Assembly: GCF_030144855.1 (NCBI RefSeq)
Contig: NC_082708.1
Location: 54,436,001-54,500,000, forward strand
Length of the DNA: 64,000 nt
Source: Hypanus sabinus
Taxonomy: Eukaryota
Reading direction: 5' to 3'
Numbering within the stretch: position 1 is the stretch's first letter; every line of letters starts with the position of its first letter. Positions 23,980-36,388 of this stretch are shown one piece after another. A model generated the notes under the pieces. It saw only the letters and a list, made by a program, of their open reading frames with translations, was not told the origin of the DNA and did no database searches. Both the position numbers and the translations under genes were made by a program.

Positions 23980-26900
23980 ATTAAAATAAGGCAGGGGCAA
24001 GTGGAGCAGTCATTGTGTGAGTGGGCCAGTGTTAGAGTGCCTTTGGCTCAACAGGTGAGATCAGATTTGGGCAAGGTAAGTATCTGGTAAGCTTCTTTAT
24101 TCTTCATTTCTGATCTGTTAGAGCACAGTTAGTGCAGTGAGAATGGATCCCTGGAGCTGTGTGGGAGATGAGGCAATTCTGGGAGACTTCCAGCCTCCTG
24201 GATAACCATATCTACACCAGATACACTGAGAGGCAGCTCCTCAGAGAACACGTTAGGGAACTGGAGCTTCAATTCAATGACCTTTGGCTCAGGCAGATGA
24301 CTGAGGAAGGGATAGGAACTATTGGGAGGTAGTCAGCTCTAGGTTTCAGGAGGCAGGTTACTGGGTGACGGTCAGGAGAAGAAGAAAGAGAAAGAGTAAT
24401 CCCGTGGCTGTTCCCAACGATAATAAGTATACTGCTTTGGATACTGTTGAGGGGGACAACCTACCAGGGGAGAGCTGCTGAAACTAGGTCTCTGGCACTG
24501 TGGCTCAGAAGAGAAGAGAGGTGAGAGGACTACTAGTGATAGGGTTTCATAGTTAGAGTAATAGAGATGAGATTCTGTGGACACAATCGAGACTTCCAGA
24601 TGATATGCTGCCTCCCAAGTGCCAGGGTGAGGAACGTCTCGGATCAGGTCCGTGGCATTCTAAAGGAGGAGGCTGAGCAGCCACAAGCCTTGGTACAAGC
24701 TGGCACGAATGACATGGGTAGGAATGGTGAAGAAGGCCTGAAGAGAGATTTTAGGAAGCTATGCAGGACCATTAGGGTAGTAATCTCTCAATTGATGCTT
24801 GTGCCACATGCAAGTGAAGGTAAGAATAGGCGCATTTGGCAGATAAATGGGCAGCAGAGGAACTGGTGCAGGGGCAGGGGGTTAGATTTCTGGATCATTG
24901 GGATCTCTTCTAGGGAAGGTATGGTCTGTACAAAAGGGACAGGCTGCTGTACAACCTGCACCTGAGGGGTAAAGATATCCTTTCCGGCAGGTTTGCTGGA
25001 GCCGTTTTGGGAGGGTTTAAACTAATTTGGCAAGAGGATGGGAAGTGGAGTGATAGGGCTGAGGATGGAGTAGTTGGTTTACAAACAGAGGCAGTGTGTA
25101 GCTGACAGTAGGGCAAAATTGTAGTCAACAGGATGAGTTGCAATGAAAAGGGGCAGTGAACACAGAACAAAAGGTGTTATATTTGAACGCCTGCAGTGTA
25201 CGGAATAGATGAATTTGTCACACAGTTACAGATTGGCATGTATGATGTTGAAGGCAACGCTAAATTGGGGCTGAAAGAAGATTTTAGCTGAGAGTTTAAC
25301 ATCCAAAGATACACATTACATTGAAAGGACAGGCAGGTAGGCAGAGGGGGTGGGATGGCTCTGTTGGTAAAAATGAAATCAAATCATTAGAAAGCTCGGA
25401 AGGTGGAGAATCATGGGGAGAGCTAAGAAGCTGCATGGGTAAGAAGACTCTGATGGAAGTTATATACAGGCCTCCCAATAATAGCCGGGACATGGGCTGC
25501 AAATTATAGCGGGAAAATGCACGTCAAAAAGGCAATGTTATGATGGTCATGGGAAATTTCAACATGCGGGTAGATTGGGAAAAACAGGTTGGTGCTGGAT
25601 CCCAAAAGGTTGAATTTGTAGAATTCCTATGAGATGGCTTTTTAGAGAATATTGGGGTTGAGCCCACAAGGGAAACAGCTATTCTCGATAGGTTGTTGTG
25701 CAATGAACCGGAATTGATCAGAGAACATAGGGTCTTTAGGAGACAGTGATTATAATGCGATAGAATTCACCCCACAATTTGAGAAGGAGAAGATAAATCC
25801 AGATGAATTAATACTTAGTGGAGTAAAGGGAATTACAGAGGCATGAGAGAGGAACTGGCCAAAATTGAGTGGAAGGGGACACTAGCAGGAATGATGGCAG
25901 AGCAGTAATGGCTGGAATTTCGGGGGGCAATTTGGGATAGATATGTCCCAAAGAAGAAGTAGTATTCTAAAGGCAGGATGACACAACCATGGCTGACAAG
26001 GGAAGTCAAAACCAACGTAGAAGTCAAGGAGAGGGCATATAATATAGCAAAAATTAGTGGAAGTTTGAGGATTTGGACTCTTTTAAAAACCAAAAGTAGG
26101 CAACTAACAAGGTCATAAAAAAGGAAAAGATGGGTTATGAAGGTAAGCTAGCAAATAATATTAAAGAGGATACAGAAAGTTTCTTCAGATATATAAAGTG
26201 CAAAAGAAAGTCAAGAGTAGATTTTGCAAAGCCGGAAAATGATGCTGCAGAAGCAGTAGTGGGGGATAAGGAAAGGGCGGATGAACTGACAAAGTATTCT
26301 GCAACATCCTTCACCGTGGAAGACACTAGCAGTATGCCCAAAGTTCCAGGGTGTCAGTGGGCAGAAGTGAGTGAGGTCGACACTTACTCGTGAAAAGGTG
26401 CTTGGGAATCTGAAAGGTCTGAAGATAAGTCACCTGGACCAGATGGTTTACACTCCAGGGTTCTGAAAGAGGTGGCTGAAGAGATCATGGAGGCATTAGT
26501 ACTGATCTTTCAGGAATCAAAAGGTTCTGGCATGGTTCCGGAGGACTGGAAAATTGTAAATGTCACTCCACTCTTCAAGAAGGAAGAGAGACAGAAGAAA
26601 GGAAATTATAGGCCATTTAGTCTGACCTCAGTGGCTGGGAAGATGTTGGAGTCAATTGATACAGATGTGGTTTTGGCGTACTTGGAAGCACAGGATAAAA
26701 TAAGTTGAAGTCAGCATAGTTTCCGTAAAGGAAGATATTTCCTGAAAAATCTTCTGGAATTCTTTGAAGAAATAATAATCATGGAGAATTGGTGGATATT
26801 GTGAACTTGAATTGTCAGAAGGCCTTTGACAAGGTGCCACACATGAGGCTGCTTAACAAGTTGAGAGCCCATGGTATTACAGGAAAGATTCTAGCATGGA

Positions 26901-28085
26901 TAAAGCATTGGCTAATTGGCAGGAGGCAAAGAATGAGAATCGTATGAGTGGGATTGACGTCTTTCTTTCAACTACTTCAATGGTGTTCTGTACTTTATGG
27001 CTACCTGGAGAAGACAAATCTTCTTCAATAAGAAATGAACCTTTGACCCTTTAAAAGGAGCCTTTACTGGCTGGCTGCCGGTGACTAGTGATGTTCCACA
27101 AGAGTCTGTTTTGGGACACCTTCTTCTTACATTATATGCCAATGACTGGATGATGGGATTGATGGTTTTGTGGCCAAGTTTGTGGATGATATGAAGGCAG
27201 TTAGTGTTGATGAATCAGAGAGGCTATAGAAGGACTTAGACAGATTAGGAGAATGCACAAAAAAAGTAGCAGATGGTGTCAGAAAGTGTATGGTCATGCA
27301 CTTCAGTAGAAGAAATAAAAGCATACACATTTCTCTAAATGAAGAGAAATTCAAAAATCTGAGGTGCAAAGGGACTTGTGAGTCCTCATACAGGATTCCC
27401 TAAAGGTTAATTTGTGGTTTGAGTCTGTGGTAAGGAAGGCAAATGCAATGTTAGCATTCATTTCAATAGGATTAGAATATAAAAGCAAGGATGTAATGTT
27501 GAGGCTTTATAATGCACTGGTGAGGCCTCATTTGGAGTATTGTGAGTTATTTTGGGTCCCTTATTTAAGAAAGGATGTGCTGAAATTGGAGAGGTTTCAA
27601 AGAAGGTTCTCAAAAATTATTCCAGGATTGAAAGGCTTATCATATGAGGAGCATTTAAATTCCTCTAGGCCTCTACTCGCTGGAATTCAGAAGAATGAAG
27701 GGGGATCTCATTAAAACCTATCAAATGTCGAAAGGCCCAGATAGAGTGGATGTGGAGAGCATGTTTCCTATGGTGGGGGAGCCTAAGACCAGAGGGCACA
27801 GCCTCAGAATAGAGAGATGTCCATTTAAAACAGAAGAGGAACTTATTTAGCAAGTGAGTGATGAAGCTGTGGAATTTACTGTCACAGGTGGTCAAGGAGG
27901 CCAAGTCATTGGGCATATTTAATGCAGAGATTGATAGATTCTTGGTAAGTCAGGGCACAAAGGGATATGGGAAGAAGACAGGAGATTGGGGCTGAAAGGG
28001 AAATGGATCAGCCATGAAGAAATGGCGGAGCAGACTCAATGGGACGTATGGCCTGATCCTGCCCCGATATCTTATGGTCTTATGT
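23980..28085 (+). mobile_element. Near full-length decayed CR1 LINE: ORF1 (zinc finger/leucine zipper + SGNH esterase) and ORF2 (APE + RT)
   Basis: QLLREHVRELEL near 24230; RFCG..ICCLPSARV..EQPQALVQAGTNDMGR (esterase); KVLYLNA at ~25170, VIYRPP and MGNFN (APE); PEDWKIVNVTPLFKK..NYRPFSLTS, FVDD, VRPHLEYC (RT); many stops and frameshifts. Confidence 0.92.
26941..27052 (+). mobile_element. Short Rex1-type tail insertion inside the CR1 RT
   Basis: Interrupts gcaaagaatgagaat|aaaaggagcc, which is contiguous in the 20980 copy; ends aaatgaacctttgacccttt. Confidence 0.55.
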
Positions 28086-28557
28086 TCTTTACCTCACTAT
28101 TTTGCTCTCTTTTTATTTTTATATTTCTTATTTTAATCGATAGTAATTTTTTATGTTTTGCACTGCATAGCTACACAACACAGCAAATTTCATTGCATAT
28201 GTCAGTGCTAATAAACCTGATTTGATTCTGAAATTCCTGAATGCTAGAGCTCGACTTAAATATTTTTGCACTGATCTGCCTTTCCAGATCAATCACCCGG
28301 ATCTCTCAAACCTGTCAGTAAAACCAAAAGTGTGTGTGCGTTTGTAATGCTTTGCAGTAAGATTTTGCATTGTTACCAATTAAACAGTTTCTCTTGGGTC
28401 CCCTGCTGCTCATCCTGCAGTTTTAGGGTTGAAATCGCTTCTTTTCTTGCCATCCTTCACTGCCAATATTTTTTTCATTGCCTTGTTGGAATCCCATTTG
28501 ATGTATCATATCTTTCTCAAGTAAATTAGCACAGTCTGAGCCCTAAGAGTGAAAAAA

Positions 28558-29035
28558 GTTCAAAGTAAAACTTATTATCAGAGTAGGTACATGTCATCAT
28601 GTACAGCCCTGAGATTAGTTTGGCTGCAGGCGTACTCAGTAACTGTACTGAACAGTAATTGTAAACAGGGTAATTGTTGTGGGAACAGCACAAAAGCACA
28701 AAAGCCTTGTTCAAGAGCCTGATGGTTGAGGGGTAGTAACTTTTCCTGAACCTCATGGTGCGAGTCCTGAGTCACCTGTACCTTCCATGTGATAGCAGCT
28801 CAGAGAAAAGAGCGCGGCCTGGGCGGTGAGGATATTTAATAATGGATGCTGCTTTTCTATGACAGCATTTCATGTAGATGTGCTCAATGGCTGAGAGGGC
28901 TTTACCCGTGACATTCTAGGCCAAATCTATTACCTTTTGTAGGATTTTTCACTCAAAGGCATTGGTGTTCCTATACCAGATCGTAATGCAGCCGGTCAAT
29001 ACACTTTCCACTACACATCTATAGAAGTTTGTCTA
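28558..29035 (-). mobile_element. Rex1/Babar 3' end
   Basis: RFRKSYYPSTIRLLN on minus; tail aagttcaaagtaaaacttattatc. Confidence 0.85.
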
Positions 29036-29309
29036 GACCATTATTCATAGAAATATCAGTCTAATCCAATTCTATCAAGCATATTTATGTTCATCCTTGA
29101 TAACATTTGAAATATGACCAAGCATGGTTTTATTAAATTGATTGGCTTCTAGGCCAACATCTTACCTTTATGTCTCCTTGACGTAACACACTCATTACTG
29201 ATGGCAGACCTGATGAGCGGTGAGGTGTTCAGAAGGTAAAAACTGGACACCAAAACACAAGTGAAGAAAAGACAAGGCCTACATTTAATGAAAGCTGTTA
29301 AGACAGAGG

Positions 29310-29457
29310 CAAATGAGAAAATCTGCAGATGCTGGAAATCCAAGTAACACACACAAAATGCTGGAGGAACTCAGCAGGCCCGGCAGCATCTGTGGAAAAC
29401 ACTGATGAAGGGTCTTGGACTGAAACATCAACTGTACTCTTTTTCAGCATTTTGTGT
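29310..29457. mobile_element. Short Penelope-derived foldback element with the best-preserved hammerhead core
   Basis: ctgatga-agggtcttggact-gaaac-atc at 29402-29429; inverted arms acacaaaatgctg / cagcattttgtgt. Confidence 0.8.
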
Positions 29458-30150
29458 AAGATGGAGACAATTTTTTAAAATCTAACCAGCCTTATTGGTC
29501 AATGGATGGTGTATCCCAAAGTAGGGAACTGTTATCAAAGATAATGGTATTTTAATTGGGTTGTAGATTACACTAAAAAGATTTCATCGCAAGAAGTATG
29601 ATGCAAGAAGCTTTACATCTATGTGACAAAGCTGATTTTAAAATGAATTGCTTCCACTGAATGGTAAAACTATGAATTGTTTCAAAATTCTCAACATCAG
29701 GTCATTTAAAATCCAAGCAGTGATGCTGTAAAGCAATAAATTGCTGCCATCAGAAAGGAAAAACAACATGATGAGGAGGGAACCTTCTATAAGAAACTTA
29801 TGACCTTAAGGACTACAGATTGTAAAGGAAGGTTTCTCTATATGAATGTCAGGCTGCTCTCTATATTTGTGCATTAGCTGTTCTTTTGAAGTTTATAAAA
29901 CAAATTTGTTGAAAGGTCAGTTTTTTTTGTTATATCATACTATATGCTTCACAATTTTTCCCTAGGAAATCTTCAGTGATGTAGCATGGAAAATATACTG
30001 AACAGCACAGACATCAATAAAGTACTTGATTACTTTCTCAGCTCTGTCTGAAGTGAAGTGACTAGGCTCCACACTAAGCTACATTGACAGCTGGGGAAGT
30101 TCTGCTTGAGTCTCGCTAGTTATCAAAGTTCTTGAGCAATTGTAGGTATT

Positions 30151-30341
30151 TGTGGTAAACAATGTATACCTGTCTGGACACACCCCTCTGCTGACTGCTC
30201 CTGTGGCTCCTCCCACAGACCCCTGTATAAAGGCGATTGGGTCACTGCTCCTCCCTCAGTCTTCGAGATGTTGTGCTCCCTTTTGCTGTTAATAAAAGTC
30301 CATAAAACTTCCAGTCTCCGAGAGTTATTGATGGTGCATCA
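30151..30341 (+). mobile_element. Solo LTR (191 bp)
   Basis: TG..CA termini, perfect 5-bp TSD gtatt (30146-30150 / 30342-30346), TATA-like tataaag at ~30226, aataaa at 30291. Confidence 0.88.
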
Positions 30342-30477
30342 GTATTAAACAATGTTGTTGAAGTATTTTGTGCGAACTTTTATAGCTAGATTAAATACTT
30401 TAAAGTACTAACATCTCTTATCCTGCTTTTTGATTGTTCTCAAAGTACTCTACATTTCTTGGAGTGAAATATAATGA

Positions 30478-30541
30478 AAACATTTAATCATTTAAACATT
30501 AATCATTAAACATTAAATTTAATCATTAAACATTTAAACAT
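30478..30541. repeat. AT-rich degenerate tandem repeat (aaacatt/aatcatt units)
   Basis: Seen directly. Confidence 0.75.
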
Positions 30542-30914
30542 CTTGTGATACAGGAGGGTTGGGTACCAAACCTGGAGTGCTGAGATTCTAGATAGAATAG
30601 TGGGTAAGTGCCAGCAGTTCCAGATAAAACTGCCAGCCTGGCTTTAAAAGATTGAGCCCACTATTGGAATGCAATCAGTTGTGGGTAGTGATGAGAAGGG
30701 TTCTGCAAATCTGATACCTATACTTCTTGCTCTATCACATGTGAGTTTTTGTTGATTGGGCTGTTCAAAATTTCTGCCATTGTACATTTAACTAGAATAG
30801 TTTTTTCAAAATATATTTCTTGATTGATTGCTCTATATCAGCTACTTACTGTGAATGTAGCAGTAGATTATACCGCAGAATAACCATGGCAATATTCCTG
30901 TTCACACTTATTGA

Positions 30915-31110
30915 GGCACAAGACACCGCCTCTGCTGGAATTTGGAGCAACAATCCGCTGGAGGAACTCAGTGGGTCAAGCAGTATCTGTAGGGGTGGGA
31001 GGGGGAGGAATTGTCAGTGCTTCAAGACAAAACCCTGACAATGCTGACGATTCCTTCCCCACCCCCACCACAAAGATTGTGAGTTCCTTCAACAGATTGC
31101 TTCTTGCACC
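30915..31110. mobile_element. Degenerate Penelope-derived short element (variant family)
   Basis: tgctggaatttggagcaacaatccgctggaggaactcag is inverted relative to gtgagttccttcaacagattg. Confidence 0.55.
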
Positions 31111-31305
31111 AAATGTTCAATTTCACAATTTGCCATGCTGAGATGTGAACGCTGAAGGTGTTATTTCAGTCGTGTCAAAACCAATAGGACATTATACCAT
31201 TAAACATCACTGTTTCTTATATTCTGGTACAATATACTTTTTCAATTTATGAAAAGGACATTAAATATTGCTATTTAAAGTAAAGCAAAGTCAGTGGCTC
31301 TGCAA

Positions 31306-31443
31306 NNNNNNNNNNNNNNNNNNNNNNNNNNNNNNNNNNNNNNNNNNNNNNNNNNNNNNNNNNNNNNNNNNNNNNNNNNNNNNNNNNNNNNNNNNNNNNN
31401 NNNNNNNNNNNNNNNNNNNNNNNNNNNNNNNNNNNNNNNNNNN
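31306..31443. other. Assembly gap (138 N)
   Basis: Run of N. Confidence 0.99.
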
Positions 31444-34400
31444 GTGTGTAACAAAAAGAAAAGGAAAATATTTTGATTTGATAAAGGAGGGAAGGAGCAG
31501 ATAGAAGAGTCGGAGCTATCTGTCTCTCTTTGATTCATTCATTCTCAGACCATGATGCCTGTTGTTATGACACCATTATCAGTTTGGATAGCATTAGCTC
31601 TTCACAATTCACAACATGAGAGCTAATTTAATTCAAGGCACTGTCTTACATTGAGAAAGTTCTGAATAACAGGATCCTGGCACCATTGAGTATATTCTTG
31701 GCATTTTTCCACAGGTATCGGGGCTATGTTCTGCCTTGTGAATGCATCATCATCCAGTTCTGCCTTGTGAGTGTATGATCTTTTTTTTTTAAAGCTCAAG
31801 ATTTTCCTTTTTTTTGCAACTTACCTTATATTATGTTAAATTAGGACAAGACGTGGTCTGATTTGATTTTAGATTTCCGCAACCTTCCCTACCAACCTTC
31901 TGTGTAGCATTTCTAATGTTGCATGCACTACATGAATTTGCACTGGCTCTGAGTTTATTTGCTGAATGCAGACATTGATGGAATGAAATCTGGAAAAAGT
32001 TCAAACTTGGAAAATGAAAACTCCTACCAATGAAGCAGTTATCATTCCAAATACGATGTCTCCAGTTCCACCTATTAAAATTTGTGTAAATAACAAAAGT
32101 GAAAACACTGAAATGTGAACAGATTGTGGAATTTTTCTATTCCCTTATTTAATTGGTTATTGCTTTGAAAGCCACTTGAGAAAAGTTCTTACCAGTTTTT
32201 ATTCTAATTCATATAGAAAGCAATAGTCACTTAACCTCTTTGGCTTTGCCATCATTTGTTATTTGATTAAAATGTGAGTTTATTAAAATCTTCCAATTTT
32301 TTTTTTCTATTATAAAGTATGCCTTGCTTCCAGTATGTTTATTAATGTGCACAGTAAGTGGAACCTGGAAGCTGGCTTGTATTGACGTTGACCCTGATCA
32401 ATGGCCGATGGTCAATGGCTTCTTTTAACTTCAGTGGAAGTAAGAATGGAAGATAGGTTTATAATGACTGGCTGATCTGATTCAATTTGTTCCTTGTTAG
32501 TAAGCTGAATCCTGAGAGCCAAATTAATATCCAACAGTAATTTGAATGGGCTCTTCATCAGGCACTGACTGATGTGTGGGCTGGAGCTTAGTATAACGTG
32601 CCAATCAATAAGCCACCTTTTCTGGATATTACCAAGCAGCGCCTGTGAGAATGAATCAATGAATGGATGTGTGTGCCACAAGAACTCCAGAGATGGGGAG
32701 TGAACAAGCTGGTATATTAGATTCCTGCGGGGTCAAGAGATGCATTCCTTACAATGCAGTCCCAACAGGGCCATTTTGTCTCTCACAGACACTATGACTG
32801 TTTTACCTAAGTAGGCGACTTAGCAAGGAATAAAATGGAAATACCCCTCAAAGGCAGAAAGCTTAGTTGCTTCGTTTAATAATTCTGTCTGCTTTGCCAT
32901 TAATTGACAAGCTGAGCATTTCTCTCTTATTTTTGTCTGTGAATTGATTAGCCTAAGCCAAGATGTGTTGCTTTAAGACATACTCTAGAACTTAATGATG
33001 GTTAAAACTACCACAATAAATCTCCATTAATTTGGACTTTGGTGGTACCAGACCAGCAGATGTTGGAGTATTTTCCAGGCTGCTGAATGATATTTTAATT
33101 AATACTCCATCAGAATTTAAGTCCCACTCATGTTGAGATGTTGCAGTATAATTAGTTTTTCATCAAACCCAGTAAGTAAAGGGAGAGCAGAATCCAATGT
33201 GTTTCAATGGAGGGTAGAATCTGGTGCCTGGGCACTTTCTAGAAAACAAGGGAAACAGAACCTGATGCTTTTTAAGAGAGCATGGGAACTGAGGGTCCAG
33301 TGAGGTTGAATGGGATTTGAGAACTGTGGCCCTGCCCAGGAGTGTCAAAGGGAGCAGGGGATCCAGTGTGCTAAAGGGAGTAGGGGGACCAGAAGCCAAG
33401 AGTGTGGAGAGAGGTCAAATGTAATGGTCTGGTCCTGCTGTATTGAAGGAAACATGGGCATCAGTACCTGCATCGTTGGATTTCAAAGTTTTACTGTATC
33501 TGGATTATTATTGGAAAAAATGGTGCACAAGGAGTGGAAATCTTTTTGCGATGTAACATAAAGTATAATAACCAGCTTGTATGCAAATTTCTTTTGAATC
33601 ATCAGTCGCTCTTCCAGCTTTATGATACAGAAGTAGATAGTTACTGGGATCCAGCTTCAGGCTTATTGACACACTTTGAGAGCCATGTTTCTATCTGCGT
33701 ACTTCGTTTAGAAAGTAACTGGAACAATAAATGTGATACAACTCAAATAATGGTAGAATCTGCCTTATGGTATGCTACAGCAAAGATCCATCATGGCTGT
33801 ATAGCACAGAGAAGTGTCCAAGTAGATCACCTCTATGTAACACATCAATAAACAGAGGAGTACGTTTGTACCAGATTGAAGAAAATGTTCATGTTGTAGT
33901 CCTAGGAGGGGAATGGAAAAAGAAGGAAGAAATGAAAGAAAAAGGATAATTATTGGAATCAATACAATAGCTGATTGAGCAACTTCCAGATCCATTACAG
34001 GCTTGAGTGTTGCTGCATCATTAACCAGTGCACATTGTCCTCAAAAATGTCAGTCTATAATTTGCACTTCTCTGCCTTTAACTACCATGTTCTGCTGCCC
34101 TGTCATTGTTTTGCTTGCTTTGAGTGGTCATTCCACACCATCCTCTCCCCTGTCCAAAAAAAAACATCTGAGAAGAAATAAAAAGATGTAAAAGTTTGAA
34201 AATACAAAAATAACTCAAATATAAAAAATGGTAAAGAAAATATTGGAAGTGCAAAATGGTCAGAAAATGGAGACAAAAAACAAGAGGTAAAGTGCTGAAG
34301 AGATGGGAAAGGGAACCAGTATAAAGTTTTCTATGGAGACCTCTTGCATCCTCACCTTATTGACCATTTACGCAAATGTAGTGCCTTTGTACAAATTAGA

Positions 34401-34511
34401 CTTTTGTTGTCATTCTGCTGCCTTCCAGGCAACTGTCAACCATCCCATCCCACAGATAGCTTATGTTCTTCTTTGTGCAAGTTCATCACTACAGCCTGTA
34501 TAATCTTTCTC

Positions 34512-35195
34512 AAAGTTCAAAGTAAACTTAATACCAAAGTGTGTGTGTGTGTGTGTATAAAATCAGAAATTATCTTGAGATTCATTTTCTTGGAGGGATT
34601 TACAGGGAAAGAATCAATACAATAAGATTTACAAAAAATTCTACATGAACAGGCAAAAGCTGACAAATGACCAATGTGCAAAAGAAGGCAAATTGTAAAA
34701 AATACTGAGAACATGAGTGTAAAGAGTACTTGAAAGGGAATCTGTAGGGTGTAGAATCAGTTCAGAGTTGTGATGAGTTAAGTTGGGCACTGTGGTTCAG
34801 AAGCCTGGTGGTTATAGGGTAATAACTATTCTTGAACCTGGTGGTGTGGGACCTAAGGCTTCTGTACTCCTGCCTGATGGCATTAGTGAGAAGCTGGTAT
34901 AGATTGGATGGTGGGTGTCTTTGATGATGGAAGTGTTCCATGTAGATGTACTCAACGGTAGGGAGGGCTTTGCCTGTGATGTACTAGGCTGAATCTGCCA
35001 CTTTCTGTAGTCTTTTCCATTCCTGGGCATTTGTGTAACCATACAAGGCCATGATACAACCAACTAGGATACTCTCTGCTGTGCATCTATAGAAGTTTGT
35101 CAAAGTTTTGTGACATGCCAAATCTAAGCAAACTTCTAAGAAATTAGAGGTGCTGTCATGCCTTCTTTGTGATGACACTTACATGATGATCTCAG
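34512..35195 (-). mobile_element. Rex1/Babar 3' end
   Basis: TLTNFYRCTAESILVGCIMALYG on minus; tail caaagttcaaagtaaactta. Confidence 0.85.
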
Positions 35196-35197
35196 GC

Positions 35198-35640
35198 AGA
35201 TAGATAGATACTTTATTGATCCCAAAGGAAATCACAGTGTCACAGTAGCCTTACAATTATACAGATATACAAATGTACAAATATTAGAAGAGAAGTAAGG
35301 AAAAAATAAAAAAAACAATTTACCTCAAAAGTCCAAACACGAGGAAATCTGCAGATGCTGGAAATTCAAACAACACACACAAAATGCTGGTGGAACACAG
35401 CAGGCCAGGCAGCATCTATAGGGAGAAGCACTGTTGATGTTTCGGGCCGAGACCCTTCATCAAAAGTCCAACAGGAGGGGTTCATCACTTCCCTGGCTAC
35501 AGGTTGACTCATTATAGAGCCTAATGGCCGAGGGTAAGAATGACCTCATACAGCGCTCTTTAGAGCAGTGCAGTTGTCTCCGTCTATTTCTAAAAGTGTT
35601 CCTCTGTTCAGCTAAGGTGGCATGCAAAGGGTGAGATGCT
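35198..35640 (-). mobile_element. Non-LTR element 3' end with (ATCT)n tail
   Basis: agatagatagatactttattgatccc gives AATAAA followed by a tetranucleotide tail on the minus strand. Confidence 0.6.
35337..35459 (-). mobile_element. Short Penelope-derived element truncated at the hammerhead core
   Basis: 12-bp TSD tcaaaagtccaa (35325-35336 / 35460-35471); minus strand tgatgaagggtctcggcccgaaacatc. Confidence 0.85.
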
Positions 35641-36136
35641 GTGAGACATTAATGCTAAGGAAATTAAAACTACTCACCCTCCCCCACCTCCCATCCCTGA
35701 CATGTTTGGCCCTTCCTAATTTTATAACGTGTGCAAAACTTTAATGTTGACTTCTTGCTTTACAACTTGTTTCTTTTGCTGCATTGAGTAACTGTTTTCA
35801 CTACCTGCTGCACACGTTATTGGTTAGTAACAGCAACAAGGGCACGCCTACATGCAGTGTCCAACAGCCATGAAGACTGGCCTTCTTGTTCCAATCCAAT
35901 AATTTTTACAAGATATTCTTCACAGATGAATATTTTGATGTATTGGCCTCTGGGGCATACTCAAATAAGTCTTGTAATCATTCTTATTTCAGAATGTAGT
36001 GTTTGAAACATTAGCAGTCCTTGATAGTAAAGGTTGTGGTGTGTAGACTTTAACTACATTAAGGGTGAATAGCAAACCATTGTCAGTATCCTTGACTTTC
36101 TATTGCCTCCCAGAAAATAAATTGAACAGTAATAGT

Positions 36137-36388
36137 TGAACAGCTTCTTCCCCTCTGCCATCTAATTTCTAAATGAACATTGAACACTACCTCACTATTT
36201 CTTTCATTTCTGTTGTTAATGTACTACTTATTTTAACTTAACTATTTAATAGATATGTATATATATTTAATTCAGTTTTTTCTATATTTATTCATCATGT
36301 ATTTCATTGTACAGCTGCTGTAAATTTAACAAATTTCACGGCATATGCTGGTGATATGAGCATTATCTGATTCTGGTTCTGATCCTGA
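36137..36388 (+). mobile_element. Rex1/Babar 3' UTR
   Basis: Matches 23067-23290; (ttctga)n tail. Confidence 0.75.

Noticed and set aside
24567-24965. Host GDSL/SGNH esterase gene
   Set aside because: It is CR1 ORF1, directly upstream of APE/RT and decayed
31268-31538. ORFs spanning the N run
   Set aside because: Artefacts of the assembly gap
31714-31770. Possible small exon (cacag|..|gtgagt) with a 14-bp direct repeat
   Set aside because: No recognisable peptide and no partner exons; such splice-like motifs occur by chance
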